Shown here in pieces: positions 27,304 to 36,513 of a stretch of 64,000 nucleotides of DNA; positions within the stretch are counted from its first letter, which is position 1, and the number at the start of each line of letters is the position of its first letter. Location: the IMG/VR virus record IMGVR_UViG_3300019776_000165, positions 29,562-93,561 of that record. One strand, written 5' to 3'. The stretch is from a virus. Position numbers and translations under genes: made by a program. The notes beneath the pieces are model-generated. The model saw only the letters and a list, made by a program, of their open reading frames with translations, had not been told where the DNA came from and did not search any database.

Positions 27304-28461
27304 TTGCCAGGTTATCTAAAAGTCAGCGGTTCTCAGAAGACCGTTGCTTCGCCATACATTAAGGTGGGCGGCACCTGGAAGAAAGCAGCGGCTGGTTACG
27401 TCAAGGTTTCTGGTGCTTGGAAACAATGGTACGCCTCTAGCGTAGTAGACGACTTTAACAGGGCTAACGCTTCTACTCTTGGCACTGCTAGTGACGGGTT
27501 CACCACGTGGACTACTACTAGAGGAGCATGGGGAATTGCCAGTAACGTGGCGTCTTCGTCTACTACTGCTTCCTCTTACGCCTTAGCCACAGTGCCCTCT
27601 CCTACACTCTCCGCTAACTACACTGTAAGTGTGGACGTTCCCGCTAATGCTGGTCCTGGCGTTGCTTTCTGGGTAACTGACGCTAACAACTGGTGGGGCG
27701 CTACCACAAACATTACTAGCACTACTTCTTATTCTTGCCCCAGCGGAGGAACCTACAACTCTTCTACGGGAAACTGTGACGTTTCTTCGTCTTATACAGC
27801 CACAATGAGTTACACCAAAATGAGTAGCGCATACGACTGTGGCTACACCACTGTAGGTGCTACCTCGACTAACCCTGTGGTGTCTGCGTTTACCCCTTGC
27901 CCCAATGCAGGGTGTAACTCTGGTAACGGATATTACTGCTCTGGAACTACCTGCTACGACAGCACTCCAGTCTACTCTTGCCCTAGTGGGTACACTCTAA
28001 GCGGAACCACTTGTTACAAGTACACAAGTTGTTGTGCGGGCGCTTACTACTCCTCAGACCCTGGCGGTCTTGGTAGAGGCGCTGGTTGTTACGCACAAAC
28101 TTACACTTGCCCTAGCGGAGGTACACTTAACGTCGGTGACCTACGCTGCTACAGCACTACTTCTTACACTGCCACTTCAACTACCACCACAACTTACTCA
28201 GTTAAGGTCATTCAGGCTGTGGCTAACGTCATTAGCACTAAAGCCACATACTCAAGCACTGGCCGTATCGCCAGCCTTAAAGTAAACACCAGCGGAAACA
28301 ACGTTACTGTCAGTACTTACCTGAGCGCAGGTCTAGGTGGAACCGCTACCACTAACATGTACACCGCAACAAGTCCCACAACTACCTCAGTAGCAGGAAT
28401 AGTAAAGGGAGTGTCTACTAGTAGCCAGGGCAGTACTTTGGATAACTTTTCGGTAAAATAA
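27304..28461 (+). CDS. Cys-rich adhesin/receptor-binding protein
   Basis: Three N-terminal YxKVxG(xWK) repeats; YSCPSG...C repeats. Confidence 0.7.
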   Translation: MPGYLKVSGSQKTVASPYIKVGGTWKKAAAGYVKVSGAWKQWYASSVVDDFNRANASTLGTASDGFTTWTTTRGAWGIASNVASSSTTASSYALATVPSPTLSANYTVSVDVPANAGPGVAFWVTDANNWWGATTNITSTTSYSCPSGGTYNSSTGNCDVSSSYTATMSYTKMSSAYDCGYTTVGATSTNPVVSAFTPCPNAGCNSGNGYYCSGTTCYDSTPVYSCPSGYTLSGTTCYKYTSCCAGAYYSSDPGGLGRGAGCYAQTYTCPSGGTLNVGDLRCYSTTSYTATSTTTTTYSVKVIQAVANVISTKATYSSTGRIASLKVNTSGNNVTVSTYLSAGLGGTATTNMYTATSPTTTSVAGIVKGVSTSSQGSTLDNFSVK

Positions 28462-28469
28462 GGAGCATT

Positions 28470-28628
28470 ATGGAGCAAGAAAAAGAAACAGACCCAAAGA
28501 AACGATACGACATCTGCAAAAACTGTGAAAAGTTCTTTAACCCTACACGTCAGTGCCGTGAGTGCATGTGCTTCATGAACGTCAAAGTTAAACTACACGA
28601 GGCTACTTGCCCACTAGGAAAATGGTAA
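28470..28628 (+). CDS. 52-aa Cys-rich protein (missed by ORF track)
   Basis: RYDICKNC...QCRECMCFM..K...ATCPLGKW; SD AAGGAG. Confidence 0.8.
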   Translation: MEQEKETDPKKRYDICKNCEKFFNPTRQCRECMCFMNVKVKLHEATCPLGKW

Positions 28629-28631
28629 TAA

Positions 28632-28940
28632 ATGGAGTATAAGTTCATCGCAACAGTACACGGCCCCGCAGTTCTTGGAGAAAATGAGGTGTTGTTCTTC
28701 AACCAGTTTCAACCTTTGTTGGACTATTACGAAGAAGACCCTGAGTTTTTAATTAAAGCCAAGTTGTTTATTGCAGATAGTCTTCGAACTAATGCAACTA
28801 TATTGGCTGATAGTTTGACTGTGCCTCAGGTAGGGTCAGATTTGGTTGGACCTATACACGGAGCAATGAGTGCCCTAAATGCTATTTCTCAATTTGAGCA
28901 CCATTTTTTACCGTCAATTTTTCCGCATCTAAGGAAGTAA
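28632..28940 (+). CDS. Hypothetical protein
   Basis: ORF in operon. Confidence 0.55.
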   Translation: MEYKFIATVHGPAVLGENEVLFFNQFQPLLDYYEEDPEFLIKAKLFIADSLRTNATILADSLTVPQVGSDLVGPIHGAMSALNAISQFEHHFLPSIFPHLRK

Positions 28941-28943
28941 ACT

Positions 28944-29555
28944 ATGCGAGGCACCAACGCCGACCTGGGTCGTTTTGACCTAGACTACGAATCCAAGTCC
29001 ATTTATGAGGGCATTGGTGAGGAACTTGGCGCAACCGTTGGTGTCAAAGTTAACTGGTTTCGTTGGCAAGACTATTACCTAGAAGATAACTACCGTGACA
29101 TCGTGGACGATGTGTACGACGTTTCTAGTTCTACTCCAGGTAAAGGTCGACGTTGGATGCTTCCATTTGACATGCCTGTAATCATGGCTCAATGGATTCG
29201 TGGTACCAACGTAATGAACGAACGTGGTTTCTACGTTTCCGATACTCTCCGTCTAGTAATGAATGTCGGAGATGTACAGCGTATGCTTCCAGACCTTCTG
29301 CTTAACAGCAACGCACATATTAAAGACCGAGTCATTTATCGTGGACAGGTCTTTGTTCCTACCCGTGTGCTTCCTCGTGGCTCCTTTGGTTACCGCTGGG
29401 CGGTAGTAACTATTGACTGCAACCAGGTCAACTCTGAAGAACTTGTGAATGACCCGCAGTTCCAGAAGTATGCTTTGCCTTCAAAGCGTGACCCTAGAAA
29501 CGACACTAACGGCTATGGCCTAAATGGTTATGGCGAAACCCCTTATGGAGATTAA
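28944..29555 (+). CDS. Probable head-closure/neck protein
   Basis: Position, beta-rich, DRVIYRGQVF. Confidence 0.55.
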   Translation: MRGTNADLGRFDLDYESKSIYEGIGEELGATVGVKVNWFRWQDYYLEDNYRDIVDDVYDVSSSTPGKGRRWMLPFDMPVIMAQWIRGTNVMNERGFYVSDTLRLVMNVGDVQRMLPDLLLNSNAHIKDRVIYRGQVFVPTRVLPRGSFGYRWAVVTIDCNQVNSEELVNDPQFQKYALPSKRDPRNDTNGYGLNGYGETPYGD

Positions 29556-30182
29556 ATGACAATGCCAACTCTGCCTGCTAAGGGCGATAACAACTGGGAC
29601 GTTCCTCTAAACAACGTTCTTACATATTTGGACGAACGAATTAGTTCTGAACTAGTTGGCCCAACTGGCCCTGCAGGGGCTACTGGCCCTACTGGTGCTG
29701 ACAGCACAGTGCCTGGTCCAACAGGCTCCACTGGTCCTGCGGGAGCAACTGGGCCCACTGGTCCAGCGTGGTCTATTCCAGCCCCTGTGTCATTCAACCC
29801 TAACCTTACTGCTACTGGGCTGGTTATTAGCGCTGGTGGTCAAACTGGCCAGTATATTCAACTGGGTAAATTGGTTTCTTTCTGGATTACCATTGACTGC
29901 TCTTACATCACCAACTTTGGTACTGGACAGTGGATGTTTGACTTCCCAGTTACCCCTCTGCCAAGTACTATTCCGCACTTTGAGGGTGGGGCATACGATA
30001 CCTCTACTCATGCCGTTCTTCGTGGGGACACTACTTTGGGCGGAACTAAAATTGACGTTCACTACGTCAAAGCCGCTGGTCCTAACAGCGCTATTCAAGA
30101 AGCAACGTTCACTTCATTGGCACCATTAACGCTAGACACTAACGCTAAGGTGTACATGAACGGCACATACTTGGCGGCATAA
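29556..30182 (+). CDS. Collagen-containing fibre
   Basis: GPT repeats; WDVPLN N-terminus; YIQLGKLV head domain. Confidence 0.75.
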   Translation: MTMPTLPAKGDNNWDVPLNNVLTYLDERISSELVGPTGPAGATGPTGADSTVPGPTGSTGPAGATGPTGPAWSIPAPVSFNPNLTATGLVISAGGQTGQYIQLGKLVSFWITIDCSYITNFGTGQWMFDFPVTPLPSTIPHFEGGAYDTSTHAVLRGDTTLGGTKIDVHYVKAAGPNSAIQEATFTSLAPLTLDTNAKVYMNGTYLAA

Positions 30183-30310
30183 TGCCTTTTAAGTCACTAG
30201 CCCAAATGCGACTCATGTACGCTAAGTACCCTGAGATGGCTAAAGAATGGGCATCTAAAACAACTAACATTAAGTCACTGCCACAAAAGGTGAAGAAAAA
30301 TGACAAGTAA
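30182..30310 (+). CDS. 42-aa basic protein
   Basis: MPFKSLAQMRLMYAKYPEMAKEW...; TAATG overlap. Confidence 0.7.
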   Translation: MPFKSLAQMRLMYAKYPEMAKEWASKTTNIKSLPQKVKKNDK

Positions 30311-30473
30311 ACCTGTCTGGGACAAAAAGAATCCTAAGAAGAAACACAAGGACCTTACTGGTAAGCAAGAGTCTGCGGCCAAAGCACGTGCTAAAGCAGC
30401 GGGTCGCCCTTACCCAAACCTAGTTGACAACATGGCTGTGGCAAAGAAAGCGAAGAAAAATGGCAGCAAGTAA
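30300..30473 (+). CDS. 57-aa basic protein
   Basis: MTSKPVWDKKNP...AKARAKAAGRPYPNLVDNM. Confidence 0.7.
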   Translation: MTSKPVWDKKNPKKKHKDLTGKQESAAKARAKAAGRPYPNLVDNMAVAKKAKKNGSK

Positions 30474-30747
30474 AGACCCACGCCTTGCTCGTGCAGGCGT
30501 ATCAGGGTACAACCAACCAAAGCGAACACCAGACCACCCAACCAAGTCCCACATTGTTGTGGCTAAAGAGGGTGACCAGGTTAAGACCATTCGTTTTGGT
30601 CAGCAGGGTGTTTCAGGTTCTCCTAAGAAAAAGGGTGAGTCGGAGGCATACCGTGAGCGCCGTGAGTCGTTCCAGGCTCGTCACGCTAAGAACATTGCCA
30701 AGGGCAAGATGTCTGCCGCCTATTGGGCCAATAAGGTGAAGTGGTAA
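30460..30747 (+). CDS. Basic small protein
   Basis: KTIRFGQQG...SFQARH...SAAYWANKVKW. Confidence 0.75.
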   Translation: MAASKDPRLARAGVSGYNQPKRTPDHPTKSHIVVAKEGDQVKTIRFGQQGVSGSPKKKGESEAYRERRESFQARHAKNIAKGKMSAAYWANKVKW

Positions 30748-31058
30748 TGAGTAAGAAAGTACCTGTAGGGACTAAGAAGAAGTTTGGTCCGTACAAAGGC
30801 TCTGAGGATAAGGGTGGCCGTCCCCTGTATGTCTATAAGACTAAGCAGGCTGACGGAACTTGGAAGACTACCTCTAAGAATAAGGCTCGTGCAGATTACG
30901 AGGCTAAGAACGGTAAACTTCCTAAGAACGTTGACGTTGACCACAAGGATAACAACCACAACAACGACAACGCTAAGAATTTGCGCCCACTAGCGCACGG
31001 CAAGAACACAGCAAAAGAAAACAAGCGACGTGCAGGTAAAAAGGAGAACGAGAAGTGA
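30747..31058 (+). CDS. HNH-motif protein
   Basis: DVDHKDNNHNNDNAKNLRPL...N. Confidence 0.75.
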   Translation: MSKKVPVGTKKKFGPYKGSEDKGGRPLYVYKTKQADGTWKTTSKNKARADYEAKNGKLPKNVDVDHKDNNHNNDNAKNLRPLAHGKNTAKENKRRAGKKENEK

Positions 31059-31249
31059 AGTGGCCAACTCGTTTAAAACCAGCACCAGTACCATTTCCTA
31101 ACGGAGGAGGCATACAAGCCATGGCAACAAAGACTACTAAGATTAAAAATCTTGAGCACCAGAAAATTGACCTTGAGGCTCAGATTGCTCATGCTAAAGT
31201 AGACCAGAAACACAAACCAAAACCAGCCACCAAGAAAGCAGGCAAATAA
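31055..31249 (+). CDS. Small basic protein
   Basis: GTGA overlap; alternative start near 31121 after GGAGG. Confidence 0.55.
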   Translation: MKWPTRLKPAPVPFPNGGGIQAMATKTTKIKNLEHQKIDLEAQIAHAKVDQKHKPKPATKKAGK

Positions 31250-31302
31250 TGTGCAACGGAAACTGCACCTGCGGTAAGGACAAGGAGCCAACTAATGGCT
31301 AA
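31249..31302 (+). CDS. 17-aa Cys peptide MCNGNCTCGKDKEPTNG
   Basis: TAATG-coupled to upstream gene. Confidence 0.45.
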   Translation: MCNGNCTCGKDKEPTNG

Positions 31303-31360
31303 GTGTTCATGCGGCAAATGCGCTCAGTGTAAAGCAAAAATGAAGAAGGGCAAGAAGTAA
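31295..31360 (+). CDS. 21-aa Cys/Lys peptide MAKCSCGKCAQCKAKMKKGKK
   Basis: SD AAGGAG; stop overlaps next ATG (TAATG). Confidence 0.6.
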   Translation: MAKCSCGKCAQCKAKMKKGKK

Positions 31361-31644
31361 TGGCGGGAAAACCAGCATTCCTAAAGGGTAAGTACACCGA
31401 GGAAAAAGACAAGAAGAAGGACGCCAAGATGACTAAGGGCTTGAGCCCTAAGGAGAAGGCGGAGTTCGAGAAGAAGGACAAGGCTCACGGCGAGAAGAAG
31501 AAGCCGAAGACCATGGCCGAGGACAAGAAGATTGATGCCAAGATTATCAAGGGCATTAAGAAGCATTCTGCTCATGAGAAGCGTGAGGGTAAAGCAGGCG
31601 AGAAGCGTGAAGACGCTCATGAGAAAAAGACAGGAAAGAAGTAA
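31360..31644 (+). CDS. Lys/Glu-rich small protein
   Basis: Coupled at both ends. Confidence 0.7.
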   Translation: MAGKPAFLKGKYTEEKDKKKDAKMTKGLSPKEKAEFEKKDKAHGEKKKPKTMAEDKKIDAKIIKGIKKHSAHEKREGKAGEKREDAHEKKTGKK

Positions 31645-32000
31645 TGGCTGCACAACCAAAGAAGGTAACTAGTACACCTACTAGCCGAAGAATCGGCAAG
31701 GTTCTGGCCAGCGGAACTTACCCTGCTGGTAGCCCTCAGGCAGGGAAAAAGATTGGTCCAGTAGGAAAAGTAATGGGAAAGTTGGCTGCTAAAGCCTCTG
31801 TTTCTATTGCTAACGAGACTGCTAAGACCACCCGAAAGTCCCAAGCCGACCAGGCTGCTAAGAAGCAGGCTCGCAGTGCTGCGTACCCTAAGGGCACTGG
31901 AACTTCTCGCCTTAGCGAGCCTCCTCTAACTAAGGCTAAGGACTACACCAAAGCCCTAAAGAAGAATGGCGGCAACCCGCTTCCTCCTAAGGGAAGATAA
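31644..32000 (+). CDS. Lys/Ala/Pro-rich basic protein
   Basis: TAATG coupling; H1-like composition. Confidence 0.65.
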   Translation: MAAQPKKVTSTPTSRRIGKVLASGTYPAGSPQAGKKIGPVGKVMGKLAAKASVSIANETAKTTRKSQADQAAKKQARSAAYPKGTGTSRLSEPPLTKAKDYTKALKKNGGNPLPPKGR

Positions 32001-32020
32001 GTCCAAGGCAAACAAAGTTT

Positions 32021-32047
32021 AACCCCCAGCAATGGGGGTTTTTCTTT
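32021..32047 (+). terminator. Intrinsic terminator
   Basis: AACCCCCA-GCAA-TGGGGGTT plus T tract. Confidence 0.8.
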
Positions 32048-32120
32048 ATCCTTAAAGCGTAGATATTCGTGCGAATACTACCTACTTTTGTAGCCTTGCG
32101 CCTTTTAAAGGATTCTGCTG

Positions 32121-32327
32121 ATGTCGAATGCAAACTGGAAGCCCTGGTGGGAACAAGTTGCATCCTATCGAAATGGTAACGACCAAAGAGAGTTTCTCCG
32201 TGGTGTGTTCCAAGGGATGACAACCAACCGACCAGCCCAAGCAACCTATGTTAAGGGCTTGATTGAAGGCTACAAAAACAGGAAGTTCGTACAGCCAGAA
32301 TCGTTTAAAGGCAAGCAAGGCAAGTGA
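32121..32327 (+). CDS. Hypothetical protein
   Basis: SD-like AAGGA; GTGA-coupled to next gene. Confidence 0.6.
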   Translation: MSNANWKPWWEQVASYRNGNDQREFLRGVFQGMTTNRPAQATYVKGLIEGYKNRKFVQPESFKGKQGK

Positions 32328-32635
32328 AACACTCCATCAACGCAGCACATAAGGCAGCGCACTCTACCGCCGAGTTTATGACTGGCGAGTTGCGTAGGTC
32401 TGCGCTTGAGCACGGCTGGCACCCTGACGTGGTAGCCAACATGCACGTCAACTATGATGGGGAAGAGTTCAAGGTACACGTCCACCCTGAGTACCGTGAC
32501 CGTGCTTTTGTGCACGAGTTTGGCGACGAAAACAACCGCCCTACCGCTGTAATCCGCAAGTATGACAATGACGGGTTCAACTACAGCCAAGTTTTCCACA
32601 TGCACCTCTCTAAGCACCTAGGAGGCATCCTGTGA
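32324..32635 (+). CDS. Neck/tail completion-like protein
   Basis: Position; HEFG...RP motif. Confidence 0.55.
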   Translation: MKHSINAAHKAAHSTAEFMTGELRRSALEHGWHPDVVANMHVNYDGEEFKVHVHPEYRDRAFVHEFGDENNRPTAVIRKYDNDGFNYSQVFHMHLSKHLGGIL

Positions 32636-33321
32636 CGTTCCTAATCTCTGAAGACAAGGCTTTGCGTGAGAAGTTGCAAGGCATGGTTGTTTACGACCAG
32701 AGGTCAATCAACGATGACGCTCCCCGTCAGGTAGCGGTATTCTTTGGTCAACCAGACCAGGAAATCCGTAATCAGTCATACCCCTATGTCACTATCGACA
32801 TGATTGGTGTACAGCGTGACCCTAGCCGTGAAATGCGTTTTGATGCTTCAATTCCTGACTATCTGCAACCACTAAACCCATCCTCTGAGGTTGAGAAGTT
32901 TGTGGCGTTTGAACTAGTCCCTGTAAACATTGACTACCAAATCACAACTTATGCACGTCAGCCACGGCACGACCGTGAAATCATCGCCCAACTATTGGGT
33001 AGCAAACTTCCTCTACGTTTTGGAGCCCTTGACGTAGTGGACGACACTAGTACGGTAGGAACCACTACTACCAACATAGTGACCACACGTCGCCTCGACG
33101 TAATGGACGTATCAAAGAGAGACACGACTGAGCAAGCAAAACGTTTGTTCATGAACGTCATCACTGTTCGTGTTTCTAGCGAACTCTCATTTGGTGCACT
33201 ACAAAACCTCTACCAAGTACTCGAAGTACACATCGATAACCCGACAGCGCAAAATGCAGGTGGCCGTAATGGCGAACCATATTTCATTGGTGTTGGTCCG
33301 AGCATTATTACTGGCAACTAA
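32632..33321 (+). CDS. Tail terminator/completion protein
   Basis: Precedes sheath; YPYVTI, PVNIDYQI. Confidence 0.65.
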   Translation: MTFLISEDKALREKLQGMVVYDQRSINDDAPRQVAVFFGQPDQEIRNQSYPYVTIDMIGVQRDPSREMRFDASIPDYLQPLNPSSEVEKFVAFELVPVNIDYQITTYARQPRHDREIIAQLLGSKLPLRFGALDVVDDTSTVGTTTTNIVTTRRLDVMDVSKRDTTEQAKRLFMNVITVRVSSELSFGALQNLYQVLEVHIDNPTAQNAGGRNGEPYFIGVGPSIITGN

Positions 33322-33360
33322 ACGTACCCCACTGAAAAATAACCTAGTTAGGAGAAACCC

Positions 33361-34881
33361 ATGACCTATGGTCGTCCTGGCGTTTATATCAATGAGCGCC
33401 TTCTACCCGCTCCTATCGCTGCAACTGGTACGGCTAACGCTGCTGGTGCTGCGGTTGGAGAATTCTCGCAGGGACCAACTGACGTTACTCTCGTCACTTC
33501 TTGGTATGACTTTGTCAAGAAGTTTGGCGGCTACAACGCCCAGTACCCTGCAACCTTTGGTGTAAGCCTGTTCTTCCAGAACGGCGGAAGCGAACTGTAT
33601 GTACAGCGCATCCTTCACACCACCGATGAAACCAGCGCCAACAACGCCGACTGGGCCAAGATTGACATTGTCGATGCAGCCGCTGCTGTTGTAGGCGTTG
33701 CAAAGGCTAAGGACCTTGGAGAAGACGGAAACAACCTTCGAGTTAAGGTGACCGCCTCTACCCGTGCAGACGAAGGAAGCCTTTCGTTCCGAAACCTGAC
33801 CGTGTACAAGGAAGTTGCAAATGGAGACCTCAGCATTGTTGAGCAGTTTAACAACGTTGTTTTCTCGGACTCGACCTCTAACGACTTTGCAGCCACTGTA
33901 GTCAACCTAAACTCGGAGTACATTACCCTGACTATCAGCGACACTACAAAGACTCCTGTTCTTGACACCTTCTTCTACTTGGCTGGTGGCTCTAACGGTA
34001 TCGCTGCAACTTCAGCAGACTACACCGCTAACATCGACGCATTCACCGCTTTGGACCGTCCACTAGTCATTTTTGCCCCTGAGGTAATCACCCGACTAGA
34101 TGACGAAGCGGCTGGACAAGACGTACAAAACGCTCTGATTGACTGGGCAACTCTGAACAACAGTTTTGCTGTTGTGGACACCCCAGCAAACCAGGTTGTT
34201 GTTGCAGCCCTAGCCACCAGTGCAGGCTTCTCAAAGTCTAGCCACGGTGCTGCTTACTACCCAAACATCTACATTAGCGACCCAGTAGGACGAAGCAGTT
34301 CTTCGCTCCGCAAGGTTGGTCCTGCAGGTGCAATTGCTGGCCTGTACATTCAGACCGACAAGACCGTTGGCCCATTCAAGGCTCCTGCTGGTCTATACGC
34401 ATCGGTACGTGGCGCAGTTGCTCTAGAGCGTTCGCTAACCGCCGCTGAGTTGGACGCTGTAAACACTGATGCCGCACCTCTAAACGCACTCCGTAACCTT
34501 CCAGGTGCTGGAGTAGTTTCAATGGGTGCTCGCACTCTGCTACAGGACGGTACTGCAAACAAGTACGTTAACATGCGCCGTTCTCTTATCTACATCAAGA
34601 AGAACCTTGAGACTCTGTCGCAGTTCGCACTATTCGAGAACAACGACGAGCGCCTATGGGCACGTCTTCGCACTGTTCTTGGTGGCTTCTTGAACGACTA
34701 CCGTAACCAGGGTGGCCTGCGTGGAGACACTCCAGCCGCAGCCTTCTACGTAAAGGTAGATGAAGAGAACAACACCGTGAACACCATTGCTCTCGGTGAG
34801 TGCCACATCGAAATCGGTGTTGCTCTGCAATACCCAACCGAGTTCGTTGTAATCAACCTCAGCCAAAAGACTGCAGTCTAA
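33361..34881 (+). CDS. Contractile tail sheath protein
   Basis: RPGVYINE, FFQNGG, KAPAG, GARTL, YVNMRR, FENNDERLW, PTEFV. Confidence 0.95.
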   Translation: MTYGRPGVYINERLLPAPIAATGTANAAGAAVGEFSQGPTDVTLVTSWYDFVKKFGGYNAQYPATFGVSLFFQNGGSELYVQRILHTTDETSANNADWAKIDIVDAAAAVVGVAKAKDLGEDGNNLRVKVTASTRADEGSLSFRNLTVYKEVANGDLSIVEQFNNVVFSDSTSNDFAATVVNLNSEYITLTISDTTKTPVLDTFFYLAGGSNGIAATSADYTANIDAFTALDRPLVIFAPEVITRLDDEAAGQDVQNALIDWATLNNSFAVVDTPANQVVVAALATSAGFSKSSHGAAYYPNIYISDPVGRSSSSLRKVGPAGAIAGLYIQTDKTVGPFKAPAGLYASVRGAVALERSLTAAELDAVNTDAAPLNALRNLPGAGVVSMGARTLLQDGTANKYVNMRRSLIYIKKNLETLSQFALFENNDERLWARLRTVLGGFLNDYRNQGGLRGDTPAAAFYVKVDEENNTVNTIALGECHIEIGVALQYPTEFVVINLSQKTAV

Positions 34882-34893
34882 GGAGAATAGCAC

Positions 34894-35508
34894 ATGGCTA
34901 CAATCATCAATAACCGCTCTACTCTAGAGACCGACCCAATCCGTAACTTCCGATTCCTAGTGACTTTCAAGCCACTAGGTAACGGCGGTTCATGGCTAAA
35001 GGGTGCTCCTAGCAAGGTAGTTGTTGGCTTCACATCGGTTTCGGGCCTGTCGGTAACCACTGACAGCATCCCTTACCGTGAAGGTGGCTACAACACCACT
35101 GTTCACCAGATTCCTGGCCAGACAACCTTCGCCCCAATCACTCTTCAGCGTGGTGTTGTACTTGGTACCTCACAGCACTGGGACTGGATGCGTAAGTTGT
35201 TTGCAACCGTTCAGGGTGGAGGAACTGCTGGTCAGGCTGAGAACTTCCGTGCCGACATCGAGATTGAGGTGCTATCACACCCAATCCCAGGTTCAGGTGG
35301 CTCAAATAACCAGTTGACTTCAGCCAACTACAAGGACCACGTAGCAATGCGTTTCCAGGTTTACAACGCCTGGCCAACTAGCGTTGCCTACTCGGACCTA
35401 AACGCAGGTGACAACGCTATCTTCGTTGAGCAAATTACTCTGGTTCACGAGGGCTTTGACACCAACTGGGCTCCAGACCTGAAGACCAGCGCACCTAAAT
35501 TCGACTAA
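34894..35508 (+). CDS. Tail tube protein (T4 gp19-like)
   Basis: DPIRNFRF, YREGG, PITLQRG, NAWP, LVHEG. Confidence 0.93.
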   Translation: MATIINNRSTLETDPIRNFRFLVTFKPLGNGGSWLKGAPSKVVVGFTSVSGLSVTTDSIPYREGGYNTTVHQIPGQTTFAPITLQRGVVLGTSQHWDWMRKLFATVQGGGTAGQAENFRADIEIEVLSHPIPGSGGSNNQLTSANYKDHVAMRFQVYNAWPTSVAYSDLNAGDNAIFVEQITLVHEGFDTNWAPDLKTSAPKFD

Positions 35509-35534
35509 TTTCAACTAACTAAAAGGAAAACAAT

Positions 35535-36350
35535 ATGGAAACTCAGACAGTCTCAGCAGCAGCCAATCCCGCACTTACTAACCGACTTGTGGAGCAGGCC
35601 ACTGCAGAACCAGTACAACAAGTACAACCAGCCGAAATCACAGACCCTAGCGACACCTTGGTGACTCTCCCTGGAGGCTACATTACCGATGATGGGGAAG
35701 TCATCAAGGTTGTCGAGGTCCGTGAACTAACTGGTGCAGACGAAGAAGTAATCGCTAAGTCTTCTACCCTTGGTAGGGCATTTAATGTGATTATCAATCG
35801 TGCTACCGAAAAAGTAGGAAGCCTAAAGGCTACGGAAGCAATGCTAGACAAAATGTTTGCGGGTGACCGTGACGCTGTGATGGTAGGAATCTATCGTGCA
35901 ACTTTTGGGCCTACTGCTGAAATCCCTACACTTTGTTTGCCTTGTGGCAAGTACCACCCCGTACAAGTAGACCTCACAAAAGATTTAAAGACTACTACTC
36001 TTGCAAACCCGCTTGAGAACCGCCAGTTTACCGTTAAAGGTAAGGGACACGAGTACACTGTGACTCTTCCAACTGGAGTAGTCCAAAAAGAAATCTACAA
36101 CAATCCTGACAAATCTGATGCAGAACTTACGACTCTTCTGTTGGAGAATGTCGTAACGGAGATTGATGGAACACCAGTTTTTAGCAAGACTCAAGTCAAA
36201 AACATCGGAATTTCAGACCGACGCTTGCTTGGGAAAGAACTTGCAGAACGTACCTTTGGCCCACAATTTGACGGAATCACTGTAGCCTGCCCAGACTGCG
36301 GTGAGGATATGGAGGTTCCGATTAGCCTCGGAGCCTTGTTTCGGTTCTAA
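35535..36350 (+). CDS. Tail/baseplate assembly chaperone (T4 gp26-like)
   Basis: VRELTGADEE, two CxxC, between tube and tape measure. Confidence 0.75.
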   Translation: METQTVSAAANPALTNRLVEQATAEPVQQVQPAEITDPSDTLVTLPGGYITDDGEVIKVVEVRELTGADEEVIAKSSTLGRAFNVIINRATEKVGSLKATEAMLDKMFAGDRDAVMVGIYRATFGPTAEIPTLCLPCGKYHPVQVDLTKDLKTTTLANPLENRQFTVKGKGHEYTVTLPTGVVQKEIYNNPDKSDAELTTLLLENVVTEIDGTPVFSKTQVKNIGISDRRLLGKELAERTFGPQFDGITVACPDCGEDMEVPISLGALFRF

Positions 36351-36513
36351 TCTCGCTAGTTACAAAAACTTAATGTCCCAATGGGCAGCCTTAATTAAAA
36401 GTTATCCAGGCTGGTCGTTACAGGAGGTTAAGGATTTAAGCCCAAGAGAACGCCTCAACTGGTTAGAAATAATCAGGGAATCTAAAGGAATAGCAAGGAA
36501 ACAGAATGGCTGA
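36339..36513 (+). CDS. Second chaperone segment; +1 frameshift extension or ATG 36373 start
   Basis: GWSLQEVKDLSPRERLNWL in +1 frame; no SD before ATG. Confidence 0.6.
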
